Shown here: positions 42,852 to 53,826 of the stretch, in pieces
How the letters are laid out: every line of letters begins with the position of its first letter
How positions within the stretch are numbered: position 1 is the first letter of the stretch
Virus record (IMG/VR): IMGVR_UViG_3300026493_000016
Coordinates: 32,001 to 96,000 of that record
Direction: 5' to 3' (one strand)
Length of the DNA: 64,000 nucleotides
Source of the DNA: a virus
Translations under genes and position numbers: made by a program
Notes under the pieces: model-generated
What the model saw: the letters and a program-made list of their open reading frames with translations, nothing else
Told to the model about the DNA's origin: nothing
Database searches by the model: none

Positions 42852-43571
42852 CTACTGGAAATAGTATTTGTTTAATGTCTTCTCTGGATGCATCTTACCA
42901 TTGATATACATATTACATAGTAGATGCTTAGCTCTATCTGGTCCTAGACGCTCTACAATATGTGATGCAATCTGACTCTTCTTCATACGAGAGCTGACAC
43001 CAGACTGAACAAGTAGTCCGTTCATACCGATTGCTCCTCGGCTATCTGCGGAACCTACTTTAGCACCATCACCGGATAATGTAGATACTTGTCGTTTAAA
43101 GGAACCAGCAATGTTAATAAGCTCCTCTTTCCAGAACAATGAGTTAAATGCTGCCTTCACATCATGTCTAGGCGACGGATAAGCCTCACTGTACATACCA
43201 AGAATACCTTCACCACGGAACTCGGTATAAGCAATAATACCTACTCCATGATGCTTGTACTCTTTAATAATAGCATCTACCTTTTCAACGTGCTTATCCT
43301 CGCACACAACATACACTAGGTCGCATATCTTGCTGTATGCTCTAAGCTGTTTATTGAGCCGTGTAGTCGAGTCTCTAGCTGTCTTAACTTCCACTCCTAT
43401 TAGTATACCATCACTACGGAAGATTAGCAAGTCTGCAATTACTGAGTTGATGTCGATACCTTTCTCACTAAGGACAACAGACTGCATCCCCTTAAAAGGT
43501 AGGAACAGTCGTTTATTATTTAAAACGAGCTGCTTCACATCATCCTCATAGAATGATTGTTTAGTAGACAT
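42852..43571 (-). CDS. PD-(D/E)XK nuclease-like protein (sce7726-like)
   Basis: IADLL...GVEVKTARDS..RL..QL.AY. Confidence 0.7.
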   Translation of the reverse strand: MSTKQSFYEDDVKQLVLNNKRLFLPFKGMQSVVLSEKGIDINSVIADLLIFRSDGILIGVEVKTARDSTTRLNKQLRAYSKICDLVYVVCEDKHVEKVDAIIKEYKHHGVGIIAYTEFRGEGILGMYSEAYPSPRHDVKAAFNSLFWKEELINIAGSFKRQVSTLSGDGAKVGSADSRGAIGMNGLLVQSGVSSRMKKSQIASHIVERLGPDRAKHLLCNMYINGKMHPEKTLNKYYFQ

Positions 43572-44819
43572 ATTCACCCTCCCCATCGATGCGTGACGTT
43601 AGTCGCATTAACGCATCCGTATAACTATACCCGTATACATTGTATCCTTTATTCCAAGTAGGATTTGTGATATAATACTCTATCCACTTACTCTCTACGT
43701 CTAACCATCCTTTTCGTCTTTTAATCTCATAAGGGTGGATAGCCACTGCGATGACTTCTCCTCGTATTAGGATTTCACTATAGATAGTCTCTCCCGTCCA
43801 CGTTCGATAGTAGTATCTTTTATTTTTAAAAAACTTAAACATATTATCTCTCCTTACATTTTAGGTCGTATTGTAGTTCTGCGATGATGTAAGCAATTGC
43901 GTCCTTTCTGTTCATTCCTGATGCATCTATAAATTCTTGAAGTATCTGGTCGAATAGTACTTTTCTATCTTCTGTCATAGCTTAGCTCCTATTAAAGTAT
44001 CATATAAGTCTTGCTTAGACTCTAACGCTGCTAACTCTTCCTCTTTCTTCTGCGCCAATGTACCAAAGTGAACAACAGAGTTCCAATAGCTGCGATTAGC
44101 TGCATCTTTTATAGCGTTTCTGATGTGTTTAATGTCTTTCTTGATTAGCTCAATGTTACAGGTCTCATCAGGGATACCGATAATCTCATGCTTCCAATCA
44201 TTCGTAAAAGAAGTACGCTTTTCTGAGCTCATTTAATCTCGCCTCCTCTTCTCTAATTCCAGCTAAAGCGGACCACATACCTGCATCAGCAGCCATGGTA
44301 GCCATTCTATCTAGCAAACTTAGTTTATGTTTAATCGCACGCAACTCATTCAAACTAGTAGTGATAAATTCATGTGGATTACTCATCGTCCGAACCTCGC
44401 TTCACGTTCACTTTTTCTAGAGCGCAATTCATACTCCATAGCTCGTGCCTTTCTAGACAATCGTTCAACCTCTGACCAGAAGCTATTACGTACTGCTCGA
44501 ACGATGTCGTCTTTTGTTTCATCTAACACTTCATAAATCTCCTCGTCTGTTGCAGCATTAATTAGCTCTCTCGCTTGTTCTGGTGTCATTTACCTTCCTC
44601 CTCAATATCAATCCATAATGGGTGATTCTTATACTCTCCTTCAAACTTTCGATATGATGCATATTTACCTGTACCTATTTGTAATTGTTTAACTCCGTCT
44701 TTCATTACAATAGAGCCCCTCCACGCGCCGTTACACACATAGAATTTAGTTCCGACAGGTAAACTACTAATAATCGTTTTCGTGCCTCCATACGGATTAT
44801 ATTCTTCTCCGGTCATCAA
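43561..44819 (-). CDS. hypothetical genes (43561-43842, 43975-44232, 44198-44386, 44383-44589, 44586-44819)
   Basis: ORF track; coupling. Confidence 0.72.
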
Positions 44820-46070
44820 TTTCTTCCAACCCCTTATCTAGAACTTCGTAATATCGTGACAATGGACTACTTACGTTTTCGTTACTATGTTCTAGGTCAT
44901 AAAAATCTGATATAAACTCTCCTTGCTGCATAGATAGAGCTTGTACAATATTCTTGACTCCGACAGAGAACTCATTAAACCAGTGCACATCATTAAGATG
45001 AATAAATACTCCTGTATATTCACCTCGAACCATAACCATTTCTCCTCCGCGAGGTTTAAGTACATCAGGTTCTCTCTCGTAGAAACCTTGTCCACGTCTA
45101 CCGGATAAAGTAGACACACCGTTTACAATAGGACATACGAACAAGGGGTCATCGATTACCCATTTCTTCTTATACTTAGCGGGTAGTTTACTATTCGCCC
45201 ATGCACCTAAAGTTGTATTAAGACTGAATGGGTTCATTCGTTCACTTTTAGATGTTGCTTTCTTTTTAGGTGTGACACCTTTCGGATGCGGAGTATGCGC
45301 CTTGAACACAATTGCGTACATCGTACCGTCATGTTCCTTGATAAGGTCTACAATGTAGTGAGGTTCCCCTCCTACACTGATTGCACCTTGTTTTGTATAT
45401 CGTAAATACTTACCTGACAAATGTGGCATTGCATTCTCGATAACACCTATCATTCATTACACCTCCCATTGAAATTCTAACCCGTATACTCCTAACGTGT
45501 CATTTCGTTTTCGGTATACTTTTATCTTGTTATAATGAAGCTCCTCGATTATCATTTGACGGATAATTTTCGACTCAAATATACATCCAATTCCCATCTC
45601 ATTTGCGTTATCCTTTGGTAACATGTACTGTGTTTTACCTTGTCTCGCTTCATGAATTAACTCAGTTTTGATAACGTCATAGATGTCTTTAATAGCAATC
45701 CCGTAATCGATTAGTTCTTTTTCTCGAACTAAGTGTTTCAATTCGATTCCTAATGGTAAATGAAAACCTTCACCTTCATCATGTACATGTTTCTCTAAAG
45801 TCATTCTACATCCTCCTCACAATCGCGAATGTATGCTTCTAAATCTTGAATTAGTAGTTTAGCTGTTTCTGGTGTAAGGTTAACAGACGGATTCTCTCCT
45901 GATTCGTCTTCAGATGTGTAGTGCATTTCAATATTAAATGCGAATCGCTGCTCTTCATCAAAAGCTGTTCCTACTTCTATAAAATCGTCACCAGATGTCA
46001 CACAGTGTAATCTACGATATAATCCTCCGTTACCTCCATCTACAAAATAACCTGTTTTAACGTCACTCAC
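44797..46070 (-). CDS. hypothetical genes (44797-45453, 45457-45804, 45801-46070)
   Basis: ORF track. Confidence 0.78.
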
Positions 46071-46099
46071 GTTATCTCCTCCTTAATTATTATATTACT

Positions 46100-46128
46100 A
46101 ATATAGCACACTATTTTAAAAAAGTCAA
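46100..46128 (-). promoter_or_regulatory. sigma-A type promoter
   Basis: TTGACT-17-TATATT with extended TG. Confidence 0.7.
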
Positions 46129-46145
46129 CAAAAAAGAGAGACTTT

Positions 46146-46529
46146 TTAAGCCTCTCCTCCCATTTTCTTAATATCTCTTTTTAAGCTCTCTTTAAACTTC
46201 TTCTCATTTCGCTTAACTACGATTGCCCAATACCCGAGAGCAGTGTAGTGAGCTACTATGTTTTTAATAAAGAATAACGAGATACCAAACGCCATAGCTG
46301 TTAAGTAATAGATTTCGATAAAGTTAAAGTAGAGTTGTGTGTAAAAGAAGGCAAACACAATCTCAGCTACTAAAGTTAATCCGAAACCTAGCAATACTGT
46401 CCCATATAGTGGTGTCTCTCCTTTAGTTTTAATCTCTTTAAACTGTGCTACAACGCCTAGCAACTTCAACCCGTAGTTAACGCCGATACTCGCTGCGATA
46501 ACACATAATACTAAATCGATATTCGTCAT
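46146..46529 (-). CDS. membrane protein
   Basis: three hydrophobic segments. Confidence 0.8.
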   Translation of the reverse strand: MTNIDLVLCVIAASIGVNYGLKLLGVVAQFKEIKTKGETPLYGTVLLGFGLTLVAEIVFAFFYTQLYFNFIEIYYLTAMAFGISLFFIKNIVAHYTALGYWAIVVKRNEKKFKESLKRDIKKMGGEA

Positions 46530-46864
46530 ACTAGCTCATACCCCGTTTCATCCATCTTAACATTCTCTACGATAGCGTATTTATTTCCTGATTGGATTAA
46601 TAGCTCTTTGATGAATTCTTTCTTAGGTACATACTCGCATCTAAATGGAGTGTACACGTTACGAACTGTTCTAGCTAACTCTTTACTTGGATACATCTTA
46701 ACAACACAAGATACTAACTGTCCACTAGCCTCGCAACATGATAGTTTTGGTTCCTTACTATCTTCCAACTTAGCTAATCCATGGTTAATCGCCGCTGTAA
46801 CTGGGTGTACTTTCCCGTCCTCTGTGTGCCATACATCTTTATAACATACTAGTCTTCTAGTCAT
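46526..46864 (-). CDS. hypothetical protein
   Basis: RBS AGGAGG before MTRRL. Confidence 0.75.
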   Translation of the reverse strand: MTRRLVCYKDVWHTEDGKVHPVTAAINHGLAKLEDSKEPKLSCCEASGQLVSCVVKMYPSKELARTVRNVYTPFRCEYVPKKEFIKELLIQSGNKYAIVENVKMDETGYELV

Positions 46865-46889
46865 TCTATTACCTCCTAAGGGAGCCAGC

Positions 46890-48167
46890 TTATGCCAGCT
46901 CTCCGTTTTCTCCAAACATTAGTGTAGTAGATTCATATGTTTCCTTACCGCGATATAACACAACAGCAGACTGAGATGGCATTGTTGCTGGTAGGTTCAG
47001 CGAGCTACTATAGTCGTTCTCTCCTACTGGTGACGATACTTGATAATGCATGCGACCGAATGACTCTTGTGTAATGTCTAGGTAATGTAGGTGACCAGAG
47101 AATAAGATTTTAATAGTTTTACCATTCTTCATAAACACTGGAATCTTCTCTTTTGCCTTAGGCATCTTGTCCCCATGTGTACCTACTACACGATGACCTA
47201 CAACCTCGATATCAAACATATCATTCTTGTTTCGGTTGTCAGTAATAACTACGTTAGGCATCTGGTTCAACTCTTCTTGAATCATAATAAGCGTGTCTAG
47301 GATAATGTACTCGACATTATTATTTGCTAGATTATCATTCTTATTCTGGAAGAATCGTGAATGGTTACCTGTAATCATGCTGAAGTGTACCGTATGGTTT
47401 TCTGATAGGTCGTTAAGCATTTCTACGAACAATCTGATAGACTTGCTAATCTGTGCTGCCATGTGAAACTCCAAGTCGAATGACTGTGTATTACGCATTA
47501 CTTGGTTCTCGATTATATCACCTAAGAATAGTACATGAATCTCGTCGAATACGCGAGTATCCATCTGCTGCTTAGCCCAACCTACTACACTATTAATCGA
47601 GTTCTGTAGTCTCTCGAAGTTGTAGTCACCAGTACGACTGTGGAACGTTTCAAGACCTACGTGCCAATCGGAGAATGCTAGAATCAATGCTTTCCCATTC
47701 TCAGCAACCTTAACATTCTTAGGCTCGGCTAAGTACTTAGGTGTTGGTAAGTCTTTAATCTCTGCTACGATTTCCTTTTTAAGGTCATCCATTAAGATTT
47801 TAAGAGCTGTACCTTCACGTTGTACTTTCTTGTATTCTCGTAAAAACTCCGTTTGTTTCTGTCTTTCCATAATGTGAGGTGTTACCATAGAGAACACATT
47901 CTCCTCTACCACAGCGACCTCATTACCAATTGGTTCGATGTTATCTACGGTTAAATCACCGTTCGTAGCTGCCATGTAAATAGCTGCAAGTGATTCACTG
48001 TTATTAATGTCATCGATACAAAACTGTAAGTCCTCTTTCGTTACCTTATCTCGTCCTAGTCCTGTTAATAGTTTATTTACAAGCGTGCGGTCAATTACCC
48101 CGCGCTCACGCTTGCTATATCCCATTAGTACTGCAATCACATCTTCGTATAGTTCAATCTTCTTCAT
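46890..48167 (-). CDS. calcineurin-like metallophosphoesterase (DNA repair exonuclease-like)
   Basis: SDWH, LGD, GNH, HGD, GHLH motifs. Confidence 0.88.
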   Translation of the reverse strand: MKKIELYEDVIAVLMGYSKRERGVIDRTLVNKLLTGLGRDKVTKEDLQFCIDDINNSESLAAIYMAATNGDLTVDNIEPIGNEVAVVEENVFSMVTPHIMERQKQTEFLREYKKVQREGTALKILMDDLKKEIVAEIKDLPTPKYLAEPKNVKVAENGKALILAFSDWHVGLETFHSRTGDYNFERLQNSINSVVGWAKQQMDTRVFDEIHVLFLGDIIENQVMRNTQSFDLEFHMAAQISKSIRLFVEMLNDLSENHTVHFSMITGNHSRFFQNKNDNLANNNVEYIILDTLIMIQEELNQMPNVVITDNRNKNDMFDIEVVGHRVVGTHGDKMPKAKEKIPVFMKNGKTIKILFSGHLHYLDITQESFGRMHYQVSSPVGENDYSSSLNLPATMPSQSAVVLYRGKETYESTTLMFGENGELA

Positions 48168-48327
48168 TCATTAACACTCCTCGTTTAATTAGTTCTTCTT
48201 CAGCTGCTTTCATACATTGGAAGAAGTGAGCTCTATTTATCATGTTCCAAGGGGAATCGTCTAAGAATGCTGCTTTAAAGTCTCGATATACCTTCAGTAC
48301 CTTTTCGTCTGACCATCCGTCGTACAT

Positions 48328-50201
48328 CTACTCACCGCTCTCCGCCATGGCTTTAATCGCTGCTGCAATTACGTTAGCTGTGCCAGTAGGCAAAAACATT
48401 GTCCCTACATAACCAGAACCTGTAGTACCATCTTTCATATTAGCTGCCGCAAAGAACTGTTCGACTGTTACACCTTTCGTTCGTACTTGAACCATATCAG
48501 ATGTACGGGTTGTGCTAGCTACTAAAGTAACGCCATTCTCTCCACCGATATCCTTAAGGTTCCGGTGAGCCACTTCGTTTGTCCAGTCTTCTGCGTATAC
48601 AGTGCCAACTTGTACAGGTTCTCCATTAATGTTAATCATCATCCACTTCGTTTGCTGTCGTTTCTTCTCTACGAAGTCTGACTGCTGCTTAAGTTGACTC
48701 TTGATAACTGGTAGATTCTCTTTCATAATCTCCTGTAACGGCTTGTCCGCTAATACAGCTGTGATGTTACGACCGAATGCTCGATACAGTGCCATTAAAA
48801 TCTTGATACTATTATTCGTGTCTACGTCCTTCCACTGTTGATACTTAATACTAGCATGGATAACATTCATATCATTTTTAGAGGTATCTTGTACATTTTG
48901 GAATGTCGTCATTTCACTAGTTAATAGCAACGTTCTTAGGTAAACAATAGGTGGAAAGTCCGAGCTTACTACAGAGCGTCCTACACTAACTTTCTTTCCG
49001 TAAGTGTTAACGTGTATAAAGTCGCTAAACGGATTGTTCAGCGGCTCGATAGCCTTCTTAAAATCTTCGTTATCGAAGATAGGTAACCCGATAACAATAA
49101 TCTTACTTACCAACTGTGCTTGTGTCCCTAATGCGTGTATATCAAGCTTGTCCACAAATTCAACATCAACTTCGTAATCCGGTAGCATACGCTTAATTAC
49201 CGGAAGTGTAATTGTATTCATGAAGTTATCTTTCATGTACAACTTCACTATTTCTTTTTCCATTAGTATCCCCATCCTCCATAAGTTCTAGGTTCCATCG
49301 CTGTGTGTCTGTGCTCTCTCGTATACACATCAAGGTATCTCACAAAAGTTAGCACACCGTTCTCGACTGTGTATTGTTTCTCTATATCCCATTCCTCGTA
49401 GTGCTCATACATGTAAATAACTTTTTCTGCTATTTTCGCTAAGATAGTGTTCATGAAGCATTGTATTTCACCATCGTAGTTTTTAAGAGCGAAAATAAAC
49501 TCCCACTCTCTCGTTTCTTTATTTAGCGTGTTGACGTTGTGTTCTCCCCATTCATCCGGCATATATGCAGGTGACATGGAAGGTACTTGGTCTCCACGGC
49601 TCTTATTAGCCAGCGTCTCTACGAAAGGGAAAGCTTGAACTGCCTCACCCCATTCACCATCGCTGTCGATAACATGCTCGACTAAAGGTAAATACTCTTC
49701 TTTCACTACAATCTTAGCTCGTAACCCTGTGTAGTTACCCATAATATCCCTCCTCTTTTAATCTACTAATCTATCTTATCACACTAATTCTGTAATGTCA
49801 ACATAATTCTTAAATTTAATTTCTTCTGTTTCTGTGATTGTGAAGAAAGTAGGTTGTAGTTCATTCTTTTTCATCCAAGTGATAAATGTATCGGTTAACA
49901 TGTCACTCAGCTCGTGTCTCATATCCATTGACACTCCTGATAAGAACCCTTCTGCAAACTCACCGCACTGGTCATATACATCTTCTTGCACTTCATCGAT
50001 AGCGTGGTCACCACAAACACCAATAGACGGTTCAGAAACCTTTCCTACAAACAACGCTGTCCAACCCATCTCAGTAGCATGCCTTACTCCCTCTAAAATA
50101 GCCTCTTCACGAGAATCAAACATATCATTACCCCAGTAGTCACATGACTGATGATTAAATGTCCATTGCTCTTTTTCACTTACTGCTTTTAACTGGTCCA
50201 T
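48328..50201 (-). CDS. hypothetical genes (48328-49263, 49263-49742, 49779-50201)
   Basis: ORF track; RBSs. Confidence 0.78.
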
Positions 50202-50227
50202 TCTAACTCCTCCTTGTTTACGGCAAT

Positions 50228-50260
50228 AAAAAAGTAGATACCGTTTATAGTATCTACTTT
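50228..50260 (-). terminator. intrinsic terminator
   Basis: AAGTAGATAC...GTATCTACTT inverted repeat flanked by an A run. Confidence 0.7.
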
Positions 50261-50299
50261 ATCACACTCTATTAATTTTGTCAACTACTAAATTTAATA

Positions 50300-50812
50300 T
50301 TAACCTTGTTCTCCTGTGCCACCTTCAGTTTCTCCGCCGCCTTCTGGTGGTGTAGCAGGTGTTGATTCGACTGTTGTTTCTTCGATACGGAAGTCATTAA
50401 CTCCAAGAGATAATGTGCTGTCAGCGAAGTCTAGGAATGCAAGAACCATCTCTTTATCTACGTTATCTGCTGCGACATCCACGTATACGTCAAAACCAGT
50501 ACCATTGTATCCTTGGCGACCATTTGTGTTCTGACCAAGAGCAAATACGATTTTTGTTCCATCAACGTAAACAACTGGTTCAGTTTCTTTAAACTTCAAT
50601 TCTTGTGCCTCATGGTCAATGTACGCAGGTAGGATAGATTTCTTTCCAGCTACTGTCGCTACTTTAAACACTAATTGACCTTGAGCTAGTGAGGTAGTAT
50701 CCCCAATAGATGGTAAGTACCCTTCGCTACGAATATGTGCGAATAAGATATCACCGTCTGATAGTTTTGCTGTTTCGCTTTTTAAGAACTCCGATACTTT
50801 AACAATTGCCAT
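50300..50812 (-). CDS. hypothetical protein, possibly virion-associated
   Basis: co-transcribed with holin; P/G/E-rich tail. Confidence 0.7.
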   Translation of the reverse strand: MAIVKVSEFLKSETAKLSDGDILFAHIRSEGYLPSIGDTTSLAQGQLVFKVATVAGKKSILPAYIDHEAQELKFKETEPVVYVDGTKIVFALGQNTNGRQGYNGTGFDVYVDVAADNVDKEMVLAFLDFADSTLSLGVNDFRIEETTVESTPATPPEGGGETEGGTGEQG

Positions 50813-51105
50813 TATTTAGTCTCTCCTTTTTCTAGTTCAATTTGTTTTGCTGCGTGTTCTCGTAATCGTGCTTGTTTTGTTACTGCGTTATTTTTCCAAG
50901 CCATCTGACTAGCTGAACCGAACAACAGGACTGCGGATACAATATCGTACGTTACGTTTTGGTCAATTTCTAATCCTAACTCATGTCCGCATAAGCGAGC
51001 AATAGCGTTAATTAGTGCAACACCGAAAACGATGAAACGAACAATCGTGGCAGCACCAATCTTAGGCGCGGACTCAGGTACAAATACTTCGTGTTTATTT
51101 TCCAT
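50812..51105 (-). CDS. phage holin (SPP1 holin family)
   Basis: TIVRFIV...ALIN and WKNNAVTK.A; two TMs. Confidence 0.82.
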   Translation of the reverse strand: MENKHEVFVPESAPKIGAATIVRFIVFGVALINAIARLCGHELGLEIDQNVTYDIVSAVLLFGSASQMAWKNNAVTKQARLREHAAKQIELEKGETK

Positions 51106-51142
51106 TTATATCATCCTCACTTTCTACTATCTAATATAGCGC

Positions 51143-51463
51143 TTAGTGTATTTCGATGTCAGACACTAACCTACTAGACCAGTAAACACGTGCTACGGAA
51201 TCACTAGGGGTTACGATATCGAACCACCTACCAGCAACATCTCTACCTTCTGCAACAATACCACACGTCACATCGGCGTAGTCTAGATAACCGATTATGA
51301 AGTGAGTTGGTACTTCGTCATCCTCATCAGGAACTAGCTTAACCTCTTTCACATCAGCGGAACCGTTATACGAATCGATTGCATCTTCTACAACTTCTTT
51401 AACCTGCTCTTCTGTCCAGTTATCTACGTCAAACCATACATCTACAGTCACCCGTGCTTTCAT
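51143..51463 (-). CDS. hypothetical protein
   Basis: ORF track. Confidence 0.75.
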   Translation of the reverse strand: MKARVTVDVWFDVDNWTEEQVKEVVEDAIDSYNGSADVKEVKLVPDEDDEVPTHFIIGYLDYADVTCGIVAEGRDVAGRWFDIVTPSDSVARVYWSSRLVSDIEIH

Positions 51464-52107
51464 CCGTTTCGCTCCTTTATCATATCGTGTAGTCTAGTTC
51501 GTAACAGCTCTTTCAAGTCTGCGAGCTTCTCTTCTATGAGCAATGCAGGTACTGCACCATCTCTAGCGTACTTAGCTACTAGAATCTTAATGATGTAGCT
51601 ATCTGTATTCTCACGAACTAGCAATGTTAAGATATCTCTATCAATCTCGTCTAGTTTAACTCCGTATAACGCAGCCTCTAGTACTTCCATTTCTTCTAGT
51701 AATGAATCCATAGATTCGTTCATCTCTATTAAATCCGTCACATCGAAATCATGTTTCGTAGTGAATACGCGGCTCTTGTCTCTATAGTTATTCTTGATGA
51801 AGCTGTTCTTGACACGGAGCTTTAACTTGTTATCTACGTAGAACGGGAAGTCTACCGGACCATTAATATCATACTCCTTAACCAGTCGTAGAAACTGCTC
51901 AGATATATATGACATCAACTCTGCTCTAGTAGCTTCATCTGGGATGTATCCTTTATACTTGTTGTACACTGACACTCTCAGATTCTTGTATTGGTGAAAT
52001 AGTTGCTCTGGGTCCCGCGAGAACACACCGTTAGTCTCCTCAACATTCTTAAGGAACCCAGCACCATTTAAAATCTTATTTGCTTCTTTTTCTAGGTCTC
52101 TACTCAT
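51460..52107 (-). CDS. phage RNA polymerase sigma factor
   Basis: LFHQYKNL...ELMSYISEQFLRLVKEYD..GPVDFPFY; position after recA as in Herelleviridae. Confidence 0.78.
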   Translation of the reverse strand: MSRDLEKEANKILNGAGFLKNVEETNGVFSRDPEQLFHQYKNLRVSVYNKYKGYIPDEATRAELMSYISEQFLRLVKEYDINGPVDFPFYVDNKLKLRVKNSFIKNNYRDKSRVFTTKHDFDVTDLIEMNESMDSLLEEMEVLEAALYGVKLDEIDRDILTLLVRENTDSYIIKILVAKYARDGAVPALLIEEKLADLKELLRTRLHDMIKERNG

Positions 52108-52118
52108 CTAAACCACGT

Positions 52119-52478
52119 TTAGAATCCATCCGGCAACATTCCTTTCGATATTGTTTTTACACCCGTCTTCTTACACAAGATATCTGAGTAATGGATTGTT
52201 TGAGGTATCTTGACTAACTCCCCTTCAATGTATCCTTCAGCGTACCCTGTAGCCCATCTATCGAATGCCTTTGTGAGATGCATAACAGACGTTTGAACAG
52301 CATAAGCTGTCTTTACTTCTACTATAACAGGTAGTTTCTTAGAAATCAAATGTTGCATTTCTGTTTTCACTACTGCATATGAAGTTGGGGCTTCATAAGG
52401 TGTGATTTCTAATCGCTCTCTGTACGTTTCTAGTAATTCTGTTACTAAGTCCATATTTGATGCTTTGGTTACTTTCAT
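52119..52478 (-). CDS. hypothetical protein
   Basis: ORF between recA and sigma. Confidence 0.8.
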   Translation of the reverse strand: MKVTKASNMDLVTELLETYRERLEITPYEAPTSYAVVKTEMQHLISKKLPVIVEVKTAYAVQTSVMHLTKAFDRWATGYAEGYIEGELVKIPQTIHYSDILCKKTGVKTISKGMLPDGF

Positions 52479-52520
52479 CCAACCCCTCCTTAAAAAATCA
52501 AGAGAGAGGAACCCCTCTCT

Positions 52521-53768
52521 CTATAACTCTAGTACTGCATTTAATTTTTCTGAGTCAATCTCACTTAACTCATCATCGTCGTCTTCTGGAGCTTCCTCAT
52601 CCGGTGTGATATCACTGATATCGTAGATAGGGTCAATCCAGTTGTCTAACTTAAGGATTTCATTGTTAGATGCTGGGAATGGTTCCCCTCGACTACCAAA
52701 CTCTTCCCAGATTAGACGATTTAGAAGTTCGGCACGTACTTTGTTACCTTCCTCTTCATTTCGTAACCAATCTAAGAATCTAGCTGTCTGCATCTTGTGT
52801 TCGTTACCCTTAAGGTCAACGTAAATGTAACTTTGACCAGATTGTTTAGCGATACCACAATCGATAGCTTGATGAACCATGTTGTACTCATAATCGAAAC
52901 CAGTGTCAGCGATTAAGTAGATATCCTCTTCCTGCATTGGTCGAGCTACTTTGTTTTTACGGGTACGAATACCTGCGATATGTCCAATACGCTCTTCCTT
53001 ACCTTTGATTGTCTTCTTAATAGCTTTCTTCTGTTTAACTTCCCATCGTTGAGACATTGCGTGTTCCCAAGCTTTACCGCCAGGGGTTTTGTATTGTTTT
53101 ACAAAGCTCATACCACCGATATCATCACGAACTTGGTTAATCCCGATGAACATTGCCTTAGACTCTGCAATCAATGGAGATAACTTCGTACATAACTGTG
53201 CTAGTGCGTTGGCTCGTGAGCCGACATCTTTCTCACCGAAGTCTTTTTCGTACTGGACCATAGATGGTGTTTGTCCTAATGAGTCCCAGATGTAAACGAT
53301 TGGACGATTAGGTGCTTTCTCTTCGAAAGTTTTAAGTGTCTTGGCTACTGTTTTACCAACTTCCTCAATCGTTAATGGTCGACCAGCTTTAGCGTCTGGT
53401 TCTTTAATCATAATCTTCTTAGTGTTGATACCTAGAGTAGTTAGTCGGACCTTATCGCTCGTACCCTCTACATCAATTAGAACTACAATACAACCTAACG
53501 CGGATGCTACACGTGCGATGTGATGTGTCATAGTTGATTTACCACCTGATGGGATACCTGCAATCTCAATCATACGTCCGAACGGTAACCCTCCACCTAA
53601 CGCTCTATCTAAGCGTGGGAAGAATGTCGGTAACCAGTCTTTTACTTCCGCGAAACCAGAGTCTTGTAGTAATACCAGACCATCAGATTCACTTGTCAAC
53701 TCACTCATATCGAAGTCTGCGGATAAATCTAAAATAGGTCCTTTACCTTTAACTTTAACTTTTGCCAT
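52521..53768 (-). CDS. recA: RecA/UvsX-like recombinase
   Basis: GGGLPFGR.IEI, Walker A GIPSGGKST, WDS, INQVR, TPGG. Confidence 0.95.
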   Translation of the reverse strand: MAKVKVKGKGPILDLSADFDMSELTSESDGLVLLQDSGFAEVKDWLPTFFPRLDRALGGGLPFGRMIEIAGIPSGGKSTMTHHIARVASALGCIVVLIDVEGTSDKVRLTTLGINTKKIMIKEPDAKAGRPLTIEEVGKTVAKTLKTFEEKAPNRPIVYIWDSLGQTPSMVQYEKDFGEKDVGSRANALAQLCTKLSPLIAESKAMFIGINQVRDDIGGMSFVKQYKTPGGKAWEHAMSQRWEVKQKKAIKKTIKGKEERIGHIAGIRTRKNKVARPMQEEDIYLIADTGFDYEYNMVHQAIDCGIAKQSGQSYIYVDLKGNEHKMQTARFLDWLRNEEEGNKVRAELLNRLIWEEFGSRGEPFPASNNEILKLDNWIDPIYDISDITPDEEAPEDDDDELSEIDSEKLNAVLEL

Positions 53769-53826
53769 TTAATTTCCTCCTAATGTTGTATTTCCTCCGA
53801 AGAGGAGAGTAGGTATTACCCTACTC

